Below, in pieces: positions 58,999 through 64,000 of a stretch of 64,000 bases of DNA. The position numbers were made by a program, and so were the translations under genes. Origin of the DNA: Trichoplax adhaerens (taxonomy: Eukaryota > Animalia > Placozoa); NCBI RefSeq assembly GCF_000150275.1, contig NW_002060944.1, positions 5,212,123 to 5,276,122 on the forward strand. The letters run 5' to 3'. Under the pieces are notes generated by a model. The model had not been told where the DNA came from, did not search any database, and saw only the letters and a list, made by a program, of their open reading frames with translations. Each line of letters begins with the position of its first letter. Position 1 is the first letter of the stretch.

Positions 58999-61640
58999 AT
59001 GTCCAAACTACGTATGATATTGCCTCCACAATTCAAGCATTTGAAATTATATCCTTATCAGCCATTGCTCGAATTAAGGTATAGTAATCAGGTTATCGTA
59101 GATTCTTATTTTGAACCGCTTTCAAATGATCTGCAGTGACTGTCGGTCTTCTTGATCAAAGGTAATAATACCCACAACTCCAGCAAACTTGTCTAGCGCT
59201 TTGCTCATCCAGACTACATTGCTGTACAGTAGTTTACAATAAGGCGTTATTTATAATTATAATATAATTATGATTATGAATAATATTATGTCATGTAGAA
59301 AACAAGATATCCTTGATCAGTCATTACTCAAATTGAAGGGTATAGCAAATCAGTCGTTGTTTCAATATTTATTAGTCATCCAACTTGCTTTCTAGAATGA
59401 CTTTTTGATCATTTCATCTTACGTAATTGTAACGACTGCTTTACTGCTGGATATTAATGCGAACTAGTCAAGTACTCTAGCAGATCATAAGAAATTACAT
59501 TCAGTAGTATTTAAGGATCTCATATTTCTTTTTATCATTACTCGGCTTAAGGTATGTAATCAAGTCGCTGTTTCAATTGTTTACTCGCGAACAATGATCC
59601 ATAATGATTTTCGATCATCTTGATCCAATGTTACTGTATCGTTTATCAACTGCCGCAAAGTGCAAATCAGTTAATTGCTATAGCTGCCTACTTGCTTCAA
59701 TCTGTTATACTATTTTCACTATGTCTATTAGCAGTCAGTACGAATCGCTTGCTAGCCACTGCCTTGTTGGCTGCACGACAAGATGAACTATAGTTACAAC
59801 TGTCTACAGCTCTTACAGTAAAAAAGAAAAACTCCTTTTTAACATCGAATTAGCTGATTTGTTGTTTCATGCTTGAGTATTCGCATACGGCAACTTCAAG
59901 TGCCTGATTACTTCTAGACAGTGCATCATCTTTACAAACTATAATGCTAATCTTGCTAGAGATGAAACTACGGTAGCCGTATAGTCCAGTATTGTATTAA
60001 ATTACAACATACTGTACATCTCCGTAGGATAGACATAATTTATTTTGTATGCTTTGGCTTTGCTTAACAGTGCAACCTGTTTCTATATTAAGTCATTTCT
60101 ATCCTTGATCTAATGGTATTAACCATGGCAGGAATAAAGAACGCCAGGTATGCCACCTATGCAAGTCATCCAGGAAGTACTATTGCTACGAATGCAATGT
60201 TATGTTAGGATTAACTCCGGATCAAATACCGAATGTAACTTTACCTGTACATATCGACATGTTAGTTCACTAAGAATATTCTATTAAAACACAGTAAAAT
60301 TGAAAATCGCACTAATTTGCAATTATTGTGAACTGGTATAAGGTTAAAAAACTCTTTTCGTTGTTTTAATAACACTATTGATAGCATTAAACATTATGCT
60401 GAAAAAGCTTCCAAGAGTACAACATCACATGCTCGGATATTTGCTCCTCAATCAACATCAATATATCATTATCCGGTTGGTTTGAATTAGGATACAATGA
60501 CTATAAAATTGCATCATTGAATATAGTGCATGTATATTACTATAATGATTGTATTCTGTTTAAATATTAATTCCGACAGAATATGCCCTCCGTGAAAAAT
60601 AAAAGTAAAGTAAGTTCTTTCTATGATGAATGTCCTTGCATGCCAAAATTTCCACCTTTTATAGTTTATACTCATAAATTGTTTCCATAATGTTTAGGCT
60701 ATCCTGGTATATCCATGTAAGGTAAAGCGTACTACTCTATATGTATTATCTAGAACTTATTCCAATCTAATTTCGATAATATAATTATATTCATTAGTAC
60801 TTGTGATGTGATAATAAAATTTTGTATTTAGGATTCTTGTACCATTGAGGCATTGTCCTCTAAAATTAGCCATGGGCAACTCGATCAAGTGATTTTTATT
60901 GATAGTACCTGGAATCAAGCGACATCTATTTTTCAAGTAAATGAAAATTTGGGGACTAATTACGTAACCGTTTTCAGCTTTAAGCTACATGTCGTAATGA
61001 ATGTAAAATTATTCGATACTCAACAAACTAAAATAATACGGTATGCTCCCACTTAGAAAGTCTTACATTGCAAATACTTATAATTTAATCTCAATCCATT
61101 CCAGAATGAAATGTTTTCAGATATACAAAAAGTCCAACTTTCTACTGCTGAAACCTGTTACTGGAGGTAATGTCATACAAGTTGTAAATTCCATTATCTT
61201 ATCGTGCGAAATACTAATATTCTACAATTATCGATGGAAAATTTTGCAATATATATATGGGGCAAAGGCTACGAACTTGAACTATTTTCTATGATTGGAA
61301 ATTATATTTCAATTAAATTTGAAGTATTTTATCTTTAGACCACAAGTGAAACAACCATCGACATATTTAGCGACGATAGAGGCTATATACTATTTTTGTG
61401 TGGAGTATCACAAGTACATTTTGAAAAGGTGAGTTGATGCACAAGCTGATAAAACTATGCAATTGTACTAGACTATTTTATCGTAAAATGGTGGTCTTAA
61501 ACTTAAAATCGTGTTTCTATATATCTTTCTCTAGAGAATACCATGGAGAGTATGATAACCTATTGTACATGTATATTTTTCAGTATAATCTTGTACAAGA
61601 GAGCACGAAGCAACATTATCTTGATCATGAAAAGCAATAA
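58999..61640 (+). CDS. DTWD1: DTW domain-containing protein 1 (tRNA-uridine aminocarboxypropyltransferase 1), 9 exons
   Basis: MSKLRMILPPQFKHLKLYPYQPLLELR|NKERQVCHLCKSSRKYYCYEC..LPVHIDI|IKHYAEKASKSTTSHARIFAP..|NMPSVKNKSK|AILVYPCK|..VIFIDSTWNQA..|..TCYWR|PQVKQPSTYLATIEAIYYF..|EYHGEYDNLLY..*. Exons about 58999-59078, 60132-60260, 60385-60475, 60580-60609, 60698-60721, 60832-60936, 61105-61166, 61339-61428, 61536-61640. The first exon is less certain than the rest. Confidence 0.92.
59045..59650 (+). repeat. Three diverged copies of the DTWD1 exon-1 3' end and donor region
   Basis: ATATCCTTATCAGCCATTGCTCGAATTAAGGTATAGTAATCAG (~59049), ATATCCTTGATCAGTCATTACTCAAATTGAAGGGTATAGCAAATCAG (~59307), ATATTTCTTTTTATCATTACTCGGCTTAAGGTATGTAATCAAG (~59522). 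Confidence 0.7.
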
Positions 61641-62268
61641 AAATTATTTGATTTAAAAACATTCTTCCATGTCTTTTACTTTATCTATATTTAAACATGC
61701 CTGTAAATTTTGATTCTGTAAGATAATTAAATATGCGGATAAATATGAAGATCCTGAAGCCTCTTTCTATTTTAATGTAATTACGGTACAACGGTTTTCT
61801 TAAAATTACTACAATAACACCTCTAAAATAACAATCTATCGTGATATTTATTCGAAATCGCATACACACTCAATTACTCTTATTATGATTTAAGTTGTTT
61901 TTATTCATATTTCAATCCTATTATAAGATTATGCTCTTGTCTGTTTAACTGTTAATTTCAATATATAACTGTAATCAATAAAGATTTTTAACTGCTATCT
62001 TGTCACTAAATAGTGTAACAGAGTTTAATATAGAATTGTTGCTAACTATTTTTATCGTTCTTAACAATCATAATTGAATTATTGCTATTCTATAGATACG
62101 CCTATATCTTGAAACTTTTAATAGCTCCAAGCAGATATCTCTTATTAGAATTGAATTTATATTACGCAGAACGACAAGCACACTTTACTCTTGCAAAATA
62201 GCGCGTAGCAGTGATATAGCATTTTTCGTTAATGAATACGTTTGACCTCCTTATCAGACACTATCCAG

Positions 62269-63399
62269 TTATGCGAATACCATTCGAGTCATTTTATTCT
62301 GTGCGGCTTTTTCGTGCGCTTCAATTTTTTGAGCCATGGCAAATAATTTGTTATAGTATTCTCTTACTATTTCTTTTACTTTTGCCCCACCTGCTCTTTT
62401 CATGTTATTTTCGTAAGCTTGAATTTTGTCAACCAAAGCCAAAATTTTCCTGTATTGCTCTTTTACTGCTTCCTTCACTTTTTCTTCTTTGTTTTGTGAG
62501 CCTACTCCGTGAGCTATAATTTTCTTAGCCAAGGCAATTCTATTTTTATAGAATTCCTTTTCCATCTCTTCCTCTTTTGCTCTATCTTCTCTGCTCTGCA
62601 TGTTTTCTTCATGAGATTTAATTTCTTTAGCCACATCAAATAATTTTTTGCAGTAGTTCTCTGTCATTTCTTTTTTTTTAGCCATATCTTCTCCGCTCTG
62701 CTTACTATTTTCAGAAGCTTTAATTTCGTTAACCAAAGCAAGACAATTTTTGTAGTGTTCCTGTAGTATTTTTTTTGCTACATGATATCTATTCTGCGCG
62801 TTTATTCCACGATTTTTAATTTTATGAGCTAAGTCAAATTTTTTTCTGTAGTGTTCCTTTATCATGTCCCTTATATTTGCCGTATCTTCTCTACTCTGTG
62901 TGTCTTTCTCGCGGGCTTTAAGTTTCTGAACCTTGTTAAATAATTCTTTATGGTATTTCTTCACCATTTCTTTTCCATTTGCAGTATTTTCTCTGCTATT
63001 TCTGATGTTTCCAGAAATAACATCGATCATGGAAATATCGGCTCTACAATATGGTGCAGAATGATTATGATTTAATCCATAGAATTAAAATGAAGCAGCG
63101 TTTTTACTCGAATATCTGGATTTCCATTGGCTTGCAATGAATTAAATACAGACTTCAACAAGCTATATAACAAAAGATAGCCACTTTATCCGGTTTGTAT
63201 AAATCTTAATTCTACTAGACAAATACAAGATATAAGAGAATCTACCACAATTTAAATTTTGAAAGTGCAGTTTTTTCCATCTTACCCGACTGGATCAGTA
63301 GCTACAAGGCTATCTATCATATTTCCGGCATTCGGCATTAGTGGAAGCTTATTTTTCCGGTTATGATCATTATCATCGTCATCGTCATCATCTTTATCG
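62269..63399 (-). CDS. Uncharacterised protein with seven 32-34-aa amphipathic helical repeats; 5' end incomplete
   Basis: The last exon 62269-63043 contains the 253-aa ORF. An upstream exon 63286-63399 (DKDDDDDDNDHNRKNKLPLMPNAGNMIDSLVATDPVG) splices in frame (phase 2, GG|A). Further upstream exons were not resolved. Confidence 0.75.
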
Positions 63400-64000
63400 C
63401 TATTAAATTAAGACATGTAGGTTTAAGGCTGATTTAACTGTCCATGGTATTAAAAAATATACGTAATACTCTTTAATGAATGATTTAGAAGGTGTAGTTT
63501 ACTATATTCATAAATGATTAATGGATTAAGAGAATTTTGAGAAAATTCTTTCTCGCAATTAATGACATTATATCAGTTATCAGAAATTTACGAAATTAGG
63601 CACTTTGCAAAATGCCTGAAATCCGAAGCTAGAAAGTCATCAATTCAACTACCGAACACAGATTAGTAATCTTATAGTGATTTTACTATCTATGGTCAAG
63701 ATACATCAAATTCCTAATTGTATCATCTACACTCTATCATTTCTTACATACATACTACAAGTCTGAACAGTGATATAAGGTTTGGCATGCGCATGCAAAT
63801 GATATTCTGCTGATATTACTTTTCCTGTTACTTTCATTTACTCATCTAATTGATTACATCAGAAACGACATATACGAATCGTTAACAAATCCGATATAAT
63901 AAATACGGATAAATATTATGACGAAATCTGTTTTTCCCCTACTGCCAATATTTATGGCTTATTGTGTCATTTTATGCGCAAGAAAGTTAGAAATTGGTAT

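Noticed and set aside
60125-60208. ATG at 60125 as the DTWD1 start, or the TGA at 60106 as selenocysteine
   Set aside because: The ATG is out of frame with the DTW domain and soon stops; the TGA lies in intron sequence upstream of the 60131 acceptor.

Overview
Eukaryotic, AT-rich (about two-thirds A+T) animal genomic DNA with many short GT-AG introns. The compact gene structure is consistent with a placozoan such as Trichoplax, but this is inference and the species cannot be proven from the window. By manual splicing I reconstruct nine multi-exon genes: TBC1D13 (-), a carnitine acyltransferase (CRAT-like, +), an unknown low-complexity protein with an apparent frameshift (-), a Ca2+-binding mitochondrial ATP-Mg/Pi carrier (SCaMC, -), two tandem transcobalamin/intrinsic-factor-like cobalamin-binding genes (+), sarcosine dehydrogenase (-), DTWD1 (+), and a 5'-incomplete gene with an unfamiliar 32-34-aa helical repeat (-). 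Intergenic DNA holds several local tandem duplications, a 12-bp minisatellite, ACAGT/ACTGT palindrome clusters and a few hairpins. No tRNA, rRNA, CRISPR array or transposase was recognised. Most notable: the divergent, possibly membrane-anchored B12-binder pair next to SARDH; four genes whose human homologues map to 9q34; and the helical-repeat protein. Exon boundaries were read by eye and may be off by a few bases. Human residue numbers and map positions are from memory.
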